Source of the DNA: Candidatus Spyradenecus sp.
GTDB taxonomy: Bacteria > Verrucomicrobiota > Verrucomicrobiia > Opitutales > UBA953
DNA: 64,000 bases
Reading direction: 5' to 3'
Assembly (NCBI GenBank): GCA_045535075.1
Contig: JAZSKX010000014.1
Coordinates: forward strand, 96,001-160,000
In this document: piece after piece, positions 38,700-48,054 of the stretch
How the letters are laid out: the number at the start of each line of letters is the position of its first letter
Position numbering within the stretch: position 1 is the stretch's first letter
The notes under the pieces: generated by a model
The model's input: only the letters and a program-made list of their open reading frames with translations
The model's database searches: none
What the model was told of the DNA's origin: nothing
Position numbers and translations under genes: made by a program

Positions 38700-41063
38700 T
38701 TAAAAGCGGAGGACGCGTTTTTCTCCTGCGGAGGAGAACGCGATGTCGCGGGAACGCCCGTTGCAGAGAATCGTGAAGCGTCCCGGGCGCGTCGATGTCA
38801 GCGTGGCGGCGACTTCGTTCCCGTCCCAGCTTATGTCAACTTTCAAGCCGCCGCGTGCGACCAAACCTTTTGCCGCGCCTTTTTTCCACGCATCCGCACG
38901 CGCGGGAAGCAGTTGCACGACACGCCGCCCGTTGCGCTCAATGCCGCTTTGAATCAGGCATTGCGCCACGCCGGAAGTGAAGCCGAAATTTCCGTCGATT
39001 TGAAACGGCGGGTGAATGTCGAACAAATTCGGATTGATGTAGCGAGCGAGCATGCGGTTCATCAGCGCGTGCGCGGCGTTCCCGTCGCCGAGCGTCGCGT
39101 AAAGATTAATCCACCACGCTTCACTCCAGCCGGGGTGCAGAGTTTTGTGTTTTTCTTGGTCTGTGCGACGTTTGTCGAGCGATTTTTTCACGGCGGCGGC
39201 ATAATCCGGCGTGTTGAGCACGTCCCATTCGTTTCCGGGAAAAAGCCCGTAAAGGTGGCTTACGTGGCGATGTCCGGGCTGGCGTTCTTCGAAATCTTCT
39301 CGCCATTCGAGCACGCGTCCGTCGGTGCTGAGTTTCGGCGCGGGAATTTGCGGGAGCGCTTTTTTTGCGGCGGCGTAAGTTTTTCCGTTGCGTTTCCCGA
39401 GTTCGTCGCAGGCGAAAATGTAATTGCGCAACGCTTCGCGCCCGAGCAATTGGTCGTGCGCCGTTCCCGTGGAAATGTAAGCCGCGTGGCGCGTTCCCGC
39501 CGCGTCCGTGTAGAAAAATCCCGTCTCCGGCGAAACGGCGGGGCCGGCGACGAGTTCACCCAGATTTTTCGGATCCGGCTTAAACCACGACAAAATAAAT
39601 TTCGCGTTCGATTCCAGAAGCGGGAGCGCGGTGGCGAGGCGTGTTTTGTCATTATCAAATCGATACGCGTCAACGAGATGTGCGCAAATCCACGCGCCGT
39701 TCATCAGGCTTGCCGCCCATTCGGGGTGATTTCCCGCAAAATACGTTTCGCCGAAGCAATCCGCGTAATGCCCGAAACAAAATCCCTCGTGCCCGATTTT
39801 CTCCGCAAAAGCTTCTCCGCTCGGTTTGAGCTTCAAAATAAAATCCGTGAACGCGCGGTGAAACTCGCCCAAGCCGGTCGGGGCCGCGCACCAATAATTC
39901 ATCTCGCAATTAATATTGAAAAAATAACAACCCATCCACGCCGCGTTCAGATGCGGATTCCACAAACCCTGTAAGCCGCACGGGAGCGCGCCAGGGCGCG
40001 AATTCGAAATCAGGCAAAAGCGCCCGAACTGGAAAAGCTGTTCGAGCAAATCGGGATCGCGCGCGTCGGGATTTTGCTTCATGCGCGCAACGCGTTCCCG
40101 CGTAGTCATTTTTTGAACTTCCGGCGCGGAATCGCCCAAATCGACGACGCAACGATTCATGCGCTCGGAAAAATATTTGCGCGTCGCGTCGCGCAGTTTT
40201 TCCCGATCCGAAATTCCGGAAACGGATTCGAGTGCACTCGTTGCCGGAGTCCAGAGACACTTGCGTTGCGCGGGAATGGCGATGTAGTCGTAATCGGTCG
40301 CCGTCGAGGAAACCAGCAGAATTTTCTTGGCACCGCGCACGGAAACCTTCGTTCCCGCGACGGTAATTTTCCCGCCTTCGGCAAAAAAACGCAGGTAGTT
40401 TTCAAAACGCGTTCCGCCGTTTCCGCCCTGTCCGTAAATACAAAAAACGGTTTCGCCCAAGGATTTGATTTTCGTGTTTTTGTCGGGATGGCGAAGCGTA
40501 AAATCCGCATCGATACCGGCGGGAACGTCGCTTTCCGCGAAATACGCGACGAGATCCGGCTCCGGACACGCGAACAGTTCCGCACGTAATTTTTTCCCGT
40601 TTTCAAAAACGATTTCCGTACTCGCGACGCCGTGCTCCAAATCCAGTTCGCGACGGTAATTTTTCTGCGCGGGAACGTTTAAAAATTCGATGTCAACCAA
40701 GCCGCCTTGCTGGTAATTTCCGGCGATGGAGCCGTTTGTCAGAATTTTTTCGCGAAAAATGGCATCGGCTCGGGCGAAGTCTCCGGCTTCGCAGGCGCGG
40801 CGGGCTTCTTCGAGCGCGGCGGGAACGTCCGCCGGAATGTGGATTGCCTTGCGTTCGAAAATCGAAGCTTCGTTTAGAACGAGCAGATCTTTCGGGAAAC
40901 CGCCGAACGTGAGCGCGCCGAGCCGCCCGTTGCCGACGCCGTAGCCTTCGTCCCACTTCGGCGCGGGAACGCAGTCGGAAAGGATGAAAGACGTTCCCGC
41001 CTGCGCGGAAATTCCGCAAAATGCCGCACATAAAGCCCACAAAATCGCCCGGAATAATTTCAT
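38700..41063 (-). CDS. Glycoside hydrolase family 95 (alpha-1,2-L-fucosidase-like), secreted
   Basis: VGNGRLGA, FQFGRF.LI, LQGLWN, NINCEMNYW, SPE, HRHVSHLYGL and HPPFQIDGNFG motifs. Confidence 0.92.
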   Translation of the reverse strand: MKLFRAILWALCAAFCGISAQAGTSFILSDCVPAPKWDEGYGVGNGRLGALTFGGFPKDLLVLNEASIFERKAIHIPADVPAALEEARRACEAGDFARADAIFREKILTNGSIAGNYQQGGLVDIEFLNVPAQKNYRRELDLEHGVASTEIVFENGKKLRAELFACPEPDLVAYFAESDVPAGIDADFTLRHPDKNTKIKSLGETVFCIYGQGGNGGTRFENYLRFFAEGGKITVAGTKVSVRGAKKILLVSSTATDYDYIAIPAQRKCLWTPATSALESVSGISDREKLRDATRKYFSERMNRCVVDLGDSAPEVQKMTTRERVARMKQNPDARDPDLLEQLFQFGRFCLISNSRPGALPCGLQGLWNPHLNAAWMGCYFFNINCEMNYWCAAPTGLGEFHRAFTDFILKLKPSGEAFAEKIGHEGFCFGHYADCFGETYFAGNHPEWAASLMNGAWICAHLVDAYRFDNDKTRLATALPLLESNAKFILSWFKPDPKNLGELVAGPAVSPETGFFYTDAAGTRHAAYISTGTAHDQLLGREALRNYIFACDELGKRNGKTYAAAKKALPQIPAPKLSTDGRVLEWREDFEERQPGHRHVSHLYGLFPGNEWDVLNTPDYAAAVKKSLDKRRTDQEKHKTLHPGWSEAWWINLYATLGDGNAAHALMNRMLARYINPNLFDIHPPFQIDGNFGFTSGVAQCLIQSGIERNGRRVVQLLPARADAWKKGAAKGLVARGGLKVDISWDGNEVAATLTSTRPGRFTILCNGRSRDIAFSSAGEKRVLRF

Positions 41064-41185
41064 GCGTTTATTTAGTCAGAATTTTTCTCCGAGGAAAACA
41101 GTTTAAAACGTTTTCCGGAAGCGAATTTCGAGCGGGGAAGAACGCAATCGCCGCCGCGTTTTTGCGGGAGAGAAATCCCTTTTTT

Positions 41186-41217
41186 ATTGCGGGAAAAAGG
41201 TTATAATTTCCCGCAAT
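41186..41217 (+). promoter_or_regulatory. 11-bp inverted repeat around a TATAAT box and overlapping the trkA-family start codon
   Basis: ATTGCGGGAAA-aaggttataa-TTTCCCGCAAT(G). Confidence 0.5.
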
Positions 41218-41974
41218 GAAATACTGTGTCATCGGGCTCGGCGTGTTTGGTCGCCACTTGTGTTATCATCTTTCGCTGATGGGAGCGGAAGTGCTTGCCA
41301 TTGATTGTCGGGAAGAAAATGTCGCGGCGGTTAAGGACTATGTCGATGCGGCGATTGAAATCGATTACACCGATCCCGCGCCCTTTGCGCATTACCCGAT
41401 TGCGGACATGGACGCTGTTTTTATTGCGATCGGAGATAATTTTGAAGCGTCGATGATGCTTACCATGCGCATGCAGGAGCTGGGAGCCAAAAAAATTGTC
41501 GCGCGCGTGCTCTCGGGAATGCATGAGCGGCTTTTGAAAATGTTGCGTCCGAAAATCCATCGCTACGTTGTTCCCGAGGAATTTGCGGCGCGCGGGCTTG
41601 CGCATTCCATGATGATGCGCGGCGTTGTTGACGGCTATGACCTTGGCGACGGGCACGTTGTCATCGAAGTTGCGGCTCCGCGCGGGCTTGTCGGCAAGAC
41701 CTTGCAGGAGGCTTCCGATAAATTTCGCGAGTATCGGATCTTGCTCGTTACGGTGAAGCGTCTTAATTCGACGGTTTTCGGAAAAGAATTGGAAAAAGCC
41801 TTGGGAGCGCGCGACGAGTTGCGCGACGACCAGGATCGCACGACGCTCGGCGTGCCGAAGCTCGATATTGAATTTCAAAAAAGAGACGTGCTGGTGCTTT
41901 TCGGCGCCGAGAAAAAATTAAGGAAATTCCTTGAAGATGTTTCCGGGGATTCTCCGTTTGACGGAAAAAAATAA
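41216..41974 (+). CDS. TrkA/KtrA family potassium uptake regulatory subunit
   Basis: VIGLGVFG Rossmann RCK_N domain plus an RCK_C-like region. Confidence 0.88.
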   Translation: MKYCVIGLGVFGRHLCYHLSLMGAEVLAIDCREENVAAVKDYVDAAIEIDYTDPAPFAHYPIADMDAVFIAIGDNFEASMMLTMRMQELGAKKIVARVLSGMHERLLKMLRPKIHRYVVPEEFAARGLAHSMMMRGVVDGYDLGDGHVVIEVAAPRGLVGKTLQEASDKFREYRILLVTVKRLNSTVFGKELEKALGARDELRDDQDRTTLGVPKLDIEFQKRDVLVLFGAEKKLRKFLEDVSGDSPFDGKK

Positions 41975-41987
41975 ACCCCATTTTACA

Positions 41988-43508
41988 ATGCCCCAAAATC
42001 TCGCTAGCCCGACACAACCCGAAAAAAAATCCGCTATTTCCGCTTTAATCGCGCGCGGAAAAACCCTTTGGGACTCTCTTTACGAAAAGGTTTGGACGCC
42101 GCGTGAAGTTTCTTATCACACGCTTCCGATGCGCATTTTTACAACGATTTGGCGCATCGTCGAAATTACGATTAACGGAACGATTACGAACAATATTCCG
42201 ATGCACGCCGCGGCGCTGACGTACTATGCGCTCATGGCGCTTGCGCCGTTTGTCATGCTTGTCCTTACGATTTTCGGAATCGTGATGAACGTGCAGGGCG
42301 AGGAAGCCGTGCGCATCATGCAGGAACGCTTGGCGGAAACGATGCAACTGGTGCTTCCCGCGCCGTCCGATACCGTTCCCGTGATCGGAACACCCGTCGA
42401 CGCGGAAGCTATCGGAACGCTTGCGCCGCAGCTGGAGGAATTTTCCGGAATGTTGCTGAAAAATACGATGGCGAATTCGGGTTCCACGGGAACGATCGGG
42501 ACGTTGATTTTAGTCGTGCTTGCCGTTTTCATGATTGCGCGTATCGAAGATGCGTACAATTTGATTTGGAATGTAAAAGAACGCCGGAGCTGGGCGCGTC
42601 GATTCGGGGTTTATTTTCTGTTCCTTGTGCTCGGCGGTGCGTTTTCCGCGATTACGATGTCGGTTCTCTCCGTTTCCGCGATTTTTAAAAGATTGGCGCA
42701 AAGCACAAGCGAGGTCTCCGTTTACGCTTCCGCTGTTCCCGGCGGGGAAGTTTTTTTCAATTTGATGACTTCGATTGTTCCGCTTCTGGTTGCGTTTTCG
42801 ATTATGACGCTTCTCTTCGCTTGTCTGAATCGGTATTTGCCGAACGTCGGCGTGAGTTGGCGACCGGCGCTTTTAGGCGGCGCGATTGTCGCAATCTCTT
42901 TCATCGGTTGCGGAAAGCTGGCGACACTTTTCGTCTCGAAAATTTCGGAGTTCAATTCCATTTACGGGAACTTGAGCGTGATTTTCATTCTGATGTTCGG
43001 ACTTTATCTTTCGTGGATGTTTTTGCTTATCGGCGGGCAAATTTCTTATGCCGCGCAAAACGCCGGATTCTTCAAAAATATTAATCGCAAGTGGACGGAG
43101 CTGAGCCCGCGAGCCAAGCAGGAGGCGTTTTTCGCCTGTCTTTTTGCAATTTACGAGCGTTGTTCCCGCACAAGCCAAGGGCTGACGCTTAAGGAACTCG
43201 GTAACGCGCTTTGCATTCCCGCCAACCTTATTTCCGAATGCACCGCAACGCTGATTGACTTGGAACTCGTCGTCGTGTTGGCGCCGGAAATGGATGAAGC
43301 CGGGCGCACACGATACAATGCGGCGGGAACGGTCGGAAAGCTTACAATCGCGGAATTACGCCGCAAGCTTGACAACTTGCGAGTGCCGATTGAGCTGGGC
43401 GGCGATACTCGGCTTCAGGCTGCGTTGGCGCGCTTTACGGCGTCGTTTGAGGTTTGTACGGACAGTACGACTTTCGAGAATTTGCTGGATGCGCGTCCCG
43501 CTGATTAA
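41988..43508 (+). CDS. YihY/BrkB family membrane protein with a C-terminal HTH-like extension
   Basis: AAALTYY.LMALAP, IEDAYNLIW and IYGNLS...LYLSW.FLLIGG motifs. Confidence 0.85.
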   Translation: MPQNLASPTQPEKKSAISALIARGKTLWDSLYEKVWTPREVSYHTLPMRIFTTIWRIVEITINGTITNNIPMHAAALTYYALMALAPFVMLVLTIFGIVMNVQGEEAVRIMQERLAETMQLVLPAPSDTVPVIGTPVDAEAIGTLAPQLEEFSGMLLKNTMANSGSTGTIGTLILVVLAVFMIARIEDAYNLIWNVKERRSWARRFGVYFLFLVLGGAFSAITMSVLSVSAIFKRLAQSTSEVSVYASAVPGGEVFFNLMTSIVPLLVAFSIMTLLFACLNRYLPNVGVSWRPALLGGAIVAISFIGCGKLATLFVSKISEFNSIYGNLSVIFILMFGLYLSWMFLLIGGQISYAAQNAGFFKNINRKWTELSPRAKQEAFFACLFAIYERCSRTSQGLTLKELGNALCIPANLISECTATLIDLELVVVLAPEMDEAGRTRYNAAGTVGKLTIAELRRKLDNLRVPIELGGDTRLQAALARFTASFEVCTDSTTFENLLDARPAD

Positions 43509-43556
43509 TTTCCGCCTCGCGTGCGTCGGGGAATGAGTTCAAAATCTCCGGCACTT

Positions 43557-44021
43557 ATGAGCATTGAAGAAAAAATTGCAGCACTCGGTTTAACGCTTCC
43601 TCAGCCTCCGGCTCCCGCAGGCGCTTACGTTCCCGCTGTTCAGAGCGGAAATTTGCTTTTTCTCTCGGGAACGCTCCCGATGGCAGACGGAAAAATGACG
43701 CATTCCGGCATGATCGGATCGTCGCCGGAAAAAGATATTGCTTACGGCTACGCAGCGGCGCGCCAGTGCGCCTTGGCGGCGCTTGCTAACGCTAAAGCTT
43801 ATCTCGGTTCGCTTGAGCGCATCAAACGCATTGTCAATGTAAACGGTTTTGTTTACGCACCCGAAGGCTTTGCCGACGCTCCGAAAGTGATTAACGGCGC
43901 TTCCGAGCTTTTCCTCGAACTCTTCGGTGAAAACGGGAAGCATGCCCGCGCCGCGGTTGCGCTCGGGGGTGTGCCGCTACACGCGACGGCGGAAGTGCAG
44001 GTCGTTTTGGAAATTGCCTAA
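43557..44021 (+). CDS. RidA/YjgF family protein
   Basis: PAPAGAYVP, VINGASEL and GKHARAAV motifs; alternative start at 43533. Confidence 0.9.
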   Translation: MSIEEKIAALGLTLPQPPAPAGAYVPAVQSGNLLFLSGTLPMADGKMTHSGMIGSSPEKDIAYGYAAARQCALAALANAKAYLGSLERIKRIVNVNGFVYAPEGFADAPKVINGASELFLELFGENGKHARAAVALGGVPLHATAEVQVVLEIA

Positions 44022-44042
44022 CCGTTCCCGCGAGGAAAAATC

Positions 44043-44525
44043 GTGAGCCGTTTGGTTTCTGCTTTGGATGCGTTGGTCGCCGATATCGAGCGTCCGTCAT
44101 GGGATGCTTACTTTATGGCGATGGCGGTTTTGATTGCGTCGCGCTCAGCCTGCGAACGCTTGCACGTCGGGTGCGTACTCGTTTCTGCGGGAACGCATCC
44201 GAATCGAGTGATTGCCGCCGGATACAACGGATTTCTTCCCGGAGCTCCGCATTGTTCCTGCGTGCGGGAAGGGCACGAGCAGGCGACCGTTCACGCCGAG
44301 CAAAATGCGATTGCCGATGCCGCCAAGCGCGGGGTTTCCGTGATGGGCGCCACGGTTTACGTCACGCATTTTCCGTGCATTAATTGTGCGAAGATTTTGG
44401 CATCTGCCGGAGTCGGGACAATCAAGTATTTGCACGACTATCACAACGATCCGCTCGTGGAGAATCTGCTTTCCGAAGCGAAAATTCGTATTGAAAAATT
44501 GAATTTGTCCGAGCCTTCCTGCTGA
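44043..44525 (+). CDS. dCMP deaminase family protein
   Basis: RPSWDAYFM, GYNG, HAEQNA and PCINC motifs. Confidence 0.92.
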   Translation: MSRLVSALDALVADIERPSWDAYFMAMAVLIASRSACERLHVGCVLVSAGTHPNRVIAAGYNGFLPGAPHCSCVREGHEQATVHAEQNAIADAAKRGVSVMGATVYVTHFPCINCAKILASAGVGTIKYLHDYHNDPLVENLLSEAKIRIEKLNLSEPSC

Positions 44526-45091
44526 TGAGTTCGAATACGTCCGATGCCGTTTATGAAAAAGTGCGCGGGAACTTCCTGCTCGCACGGCTCAACGTGCGCG
44601 GAATTTTTGAGCGTTCGGTGGTTTGGATTTCACGTTTTTCGCGGGAAGAAGGTGCGGTGGGTCTGATTTTGAACGCGCCCATGGGAAAAACCTTGGGCGA
44701 GTGCTCCCCGACATTTGCGGGAACGCCGTTTGCGCGAATTCCGATGCACGTCGGTGGCCCGGTCGATGAAATGCGGCTTTCCGTTTTGGCGTGTATTAAA
44801 AATTTAATTACGGGAGATCGAATGATTCAACTCGGATTGCCGCCGGACAAAATTCGTGATTTCGCGAATGACTCCGCCGCGCAGCTTTTCGCGTTTGCGG
44901 GAATGGCATCGTGGGCACCGAAACAACTCGAAGACGAATTGGCGGCGGGAACATGGCTTGTCGTACGGGCGGACTTTCCCGCTTGGGAAAACAACGCAGG
45001 GCGCGGGCTTTGGAAAGATCTTTTAAAAAAGAACAAGAAGCTTGATGCCCAGTTGATGTTACGCGCGCCGCTTTGCCTCGATGATAACTAA
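44525..45091 (+). CDS. YqgE/AlgH family protein
   Basis: FERSVV, GAVGLILN, GGPV and W...QLEDE motifs. Confidence 0.85.
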   Translation: MSSNTSDAVYEKVRGNFLLARLNVRGIFERSVVWISRFSREEGAVGLILNAPMGKTLGECSPTFAGTPFARIPMHVGGPVDEMRLSVLACIKNLITGDRMIQLGLPPDKIRDFANDSAAQLFAFAGMASWAPKQLEDELAAGTWLVVRADFPAWENNAGRGLWKDLLKKNKKLDAQLMLRAPLCLDDN

Positions 45092-45119
45092 GTTTGTCCG
45101 CGCGTGAGAATTCACAAAT

Positions 45120-45157
45120 AAAAAACGTTCCCGCAGATTTCACGGGAACGTTTTTTT
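45120..45157. terminator. Bidirectional terminator built from an inverted pair of the motif
   Basis: AAAAAACGTTCCCG-cagatttca-CGGGAACGTTTTTTT between convergent genes. Confidence 0.85.
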
Positions 45158-45185
45158 GTCGAGTCGATACGGTCTTTCGTGGTTT

Positions 45186-46097
45186 TTAGATGATGACAAA
45201 TTTGACCATGCAGTAGCCGACGGGAGCGACGAGGACGAGGCTGTCGAGCAAGTCGAGTGCGCCGCCCATTCCCGGGATGGTTGCGCCGGAATCTTTTTCG
45301 GCGGCTTGGCGCTTAATAACGCTTTCAATAAGGTCGGAAACGACGCTCATTGCGGCAAACGGAATTGCGCAGAGCGCTCCGGTAAGCGGCGAGAACGCAA
45401 AATCCGCAGGCAAAACGGTTTTTCCGCTACCGAGCGAGCCGAGTTCCCAAACGCCGAGCGCGTTCAATCCCCAAACCGTTCCCGCGCCGACAAGCATCGA
45501 AAGCAACACGCCGCCGACAACGCCTTCCCAGGTTTTTCCTGCAGAAACATTCGGGGCAAGTTTGTGCTTTCCGAAAAATTTTCCGCCGAGCAAGCCGCCG
45601 ACATCCGTGAATTTGGTCGAAAGCAGAATCCAAAGACAAAAGAAAACGCCGTTCATTTCATTTTCAAATTGCCCGATGAGTAGTGCGAAGAAGCTGATCA
45701 TGAACGGCAGGTAAAGCACGCCGAGTCCGGTGGAAAGTTGAGCGATGGTTGCCGGAAGGCGCCAGGCGGGATTTCGTTGGAGGCGGATAACGGAATAAAT
45801 GCTGAACAGGATCACGATTCCCGCGGGAATGAGCATGGCGGTTTCGGTTCCGGAAGTTACTTCTCCCTGCGAGGCTCCGTAGTAAATTGCGGGAATAATC
45901 AACGCGCCGCCGACCAAGCCGACGATTTTACGCGGAGAGCCGCCGAATTCCGGCTTGGCGACCAAACGGTAAAACTCAAAAAGCGCTAGCGTGGATACAA
46001 GCGTTGCGAGCCCGATGACTCCGTAAATTCTGCCGAAATAAACAGTGCAGAAAAGAATTGTAAGTAGGAGGAATGTGCTGAATGTTCGTTTAAGCAT
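45186..46097 (-). CDS. cdsA: Phosphatidate cytidylyltransferase
   Basis: FGKHKLAP.VS.GKTWEG and DLIES.IKR...KDSG..IPG.GG.LD..DS motifs. Confidence 0.93.
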   Translation of the reverse strand: MLKRTFSTFLLLTILFCTVYFGRIYGVIGLATLVSTLALFEFYRLVAKPEFGGSPRKIVGLVGGALIIPAIYYGASQGEVTSGTETAMLIPAGIVILFSIYSVIRLQRNPAWRLPATIAQLSTGLGVLYLPFMISFFALLIGQFENEMNGVFFCLWILLSTKFTDVGGLLGGKFFGKHKLAPNVSAGKTWEGVVGGVLLSMLVGAGTVWGLNALGVWELGSLGSGKTVLPADFAFSPLTGALCAIPFAAMSVVSDLIESVIKRQAAEKDSGATIPGMGGALDLLDSLVLVAPVGYCMVKFVII

Positions 46098-46110
46098 GGG
46101 AAATTTTTAT

Positions 46111-46857
46111 TTATTGTTGGGATTCTTGGAGCTGAGCGGAAGTTTTTCCGAAGCGGCGTTCCCGTGAAGCATAGAAATCAAGCGCTTTGTTCAATTCGTC
46201 TTTGTCAAAATCGGGCCACAGAACATGGGTGAAATAGAGCTCCGCGTAGGCTGCCTGAAGAAGCAGAAAATTACTCAGACGAATTTCTCCCGAGGTGCGA
46301 ACGATTAGATCCGGATCGGGAATGCCTGCAGTCCAAAGATAATTTGAAAATTCGTCCCAGGCGGGAACGGAGTCGCCGGGAATTTTTCCGCTTTGAACAT
46401 CGGCGGCATAATTGCGAACGGCGCGCAGTACTTCGTCGCGCGCCCCGTAGTTGAGCGCGACAGAGACGGTGTGCTCTTCGAAATTTTCCGTTGCTGATTT
46501 TACGTGTTCAACGGCGTCGCGAATTTCCTGCGGGAACGGAGACAAGTCTCCGATGGTTCGCAGGCGAATTTTATTTTTTATGAAAAGCGATTGCTGGTCT
46601 GCCAAAAAGCGTAGCATCAAACTCATCAACGCTTGAATTTCCTCTGCGGGGCGATTCCAGTTTTCGGAAGAAAACGCGTAAAGCGTAACGAATTTTACAC
46701 CCGCGCGAAATGCATTTTCGACGGTGCGGATAACGGCTTGCGTTCCCGCCAAGTGCCCTTCCGAACGTGCTTTGCCGCGAGATTCCGCCCAGCGACCGTT
46801 GCCGTCCATAATGAATGCAACATGTCGGGGAATTCGCTGTTGAGAAAGCTCGTTCAT
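46111..46857 (-). CDS. uppS: Undecaprenyl diphosphate synthase (isoprenyl transferase)
   Basis: HVAFIMDGNGRWA, YAFSSENWNRP and RTSGEIRLSNFLL motifs. Confidence 0.96.
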   Translation of the reverse strand: MNELSQQRIPRHVAFIMDGNGRWAESRGKARSEGHLAGTQAVIRTVENAFRAGVKFVTLYAFSSENWNRPAEEIQALMSLMLRFLADQQSLFIKNKIRLRTIGDLSPFPQEIRDAVEHVKSATENFEEHTVSVALNYGARDEVLRAVRNYAADVQSGKIPGDSVPAWDEFSNYLWTAGIPDPDLIVRTSGEIRLSNFLLLQAAYAELYFTHVLWPDFDKDELNKALDFYASRERRFGKTSAQLQESQQ

Positions 46858-46991
46858 AACTTTCCTATCAAACGACAAACAGGCGACGGAAGCAATTTGA
46901 AAATCTGCTCCCGCCTTGCGAAAATCTGCGTCAAACTCCCGAACTCGCTACGTTTTTCACCTGCGGAAACCCGAATTCCCGGTTGTGTAGC

Positions 46992-47020
46992 TTGCTTAAA
47001 TTATACTGTTTTTATATATT
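46992..47020 (+). promoter_or_regulatory. Putative sigma70 promoter of the small PEP-CTERM gene
   Basis: TTGCTT-17 nt-TATATT in an AT-rich intergenic region. Confidence 0.45.
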
Positions 47021-47119
47021 TTGTGGTTGTGTTATTTCCCTGAGCGGGATTTTTTATAGCGCGTTTTTTTTGGCGAGATGTCGAAGAAAACGCTCAAAAC
47101 TAAAATAGAAATTAAAAAT

Positions 47120-47914
47120 ATGATAAATAAACTGACAATCGGAACAACGTTGTTCCTGCTTGCTGCGGGAACGGCAAACGCTGAAGAAACTTGGGTAAGA
47201 TCCGGTGGCATTCAGCGTTTCTTTTTTGGTACGACGCTGGCTACGAACGGCGGTTTTTTCGATACGACGGAGAAGACTGCAAATTTTTCCGTTAATTTCG
47301 GAGAAGATGCGCGCTATGTCTTCGGTTTTTCGGCAAATTACGGAGGAAATTCCTTCACGAACAATACGGCGGAAGTCATGTTCGGGCTTAACGGGAAGGA
47401 TTATTCCTTGGTTATCGGGAAATCGGCAACGGCGCATTTGTGCGTTTCGGAAGTGAAGGGCGAGTTTTTTGCGTCTTCTTCGGTTTATGCTTCAAATTAT
47501 GCATTTACAGCGGAGCCGCTTACAAAGCTTCCCAATGTTACGGTTTTGGAATCGAAGCTTCCGAAAGCCGGGAGTTATACCTATGAAATTACTCTGACGA
47601 CTTCATCTTCCGGCAAGGGTAATGTTACGGTGTTCGTTCCCGAGCTGAGTAAAACGTACTCATACGATCTTAAGTTGACGGAAGGGATTGTTTCGTCGCT
47701 TACGAAACAGGCTACGACATCGCTTATCGGGTTGCGGTTTTTCGGCGCTTCTGCGACGGGAGATGTTACGGAGAAATACAGAGCGGCATCCGTCGGAAGC
47801 GGGATTTCTGTTCAAAAGTATGTTTTGAAGGGGATTCCGGAACCGTCGGCGTTCGGATTACTGTCCGGAATTGCGGGAATTTCACTTGTTGCTTCGCGGC
47901 GCAGGCGAAAATAA
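47120..47914 (+). CDS. PEP-CTERM sorting domain protein
   Basis: Signal peptide MINKLTIG...ANA; C-terminus IPEPSAFGLLSGIAGISLVASRRRRK. Confidence 0.85.
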   Translation: MINKLTIGTTLFLLAAGTANAEETWVRSGGIQRFFFGTTLATNGGFFDTTEKTANFSVNFGEDARYVFGFSANYGGNSFTNNTAEVMFGLNGKDYSLVIGKSATAHLCVSEVKGEFFASSSVYASNYAFTAEPLTKLPNVTVLESKLPKAGSYTYEITLTTSSSGKGNVTVFVPELSKTYSYDLKLTEGIVSSLTKQATTSLIGLRFFGASATGDVTEKYRAASVGSGISVQKYVLKGIPEPSAFGLLSGIAGISLVASRRRRK

Positions 47915-47941
47915 TGCTTCCCGGATTTTTTCGTACGGACT

Positions 47942-47975
47942 GCGTTCCCGCGATTTGCGTTGCGGGAACGCTTTT
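47942..47975 (+). terminator. Terminator built from an inverted pair of the motif
   Basis: GCGTTCCCGC-gatttgcgtt-GCGGGAACGC-TTTT. Confidence 0.75.
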
Positions 47976-48054
47976 GTCATTTTAACAGGCTTTTCGGCGC
48001 TTGCGCCTTTTCTCAGAAAGGATTACAGTTCCCCTTTTCAACACATTTTCTATC

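Noticed and set aside
44043..44525. dCMP deaminase read as ComEB and so as evidence for competence
   Set aside because: The family is mostly housekeeping and there is no adjacent comEA or comEC.
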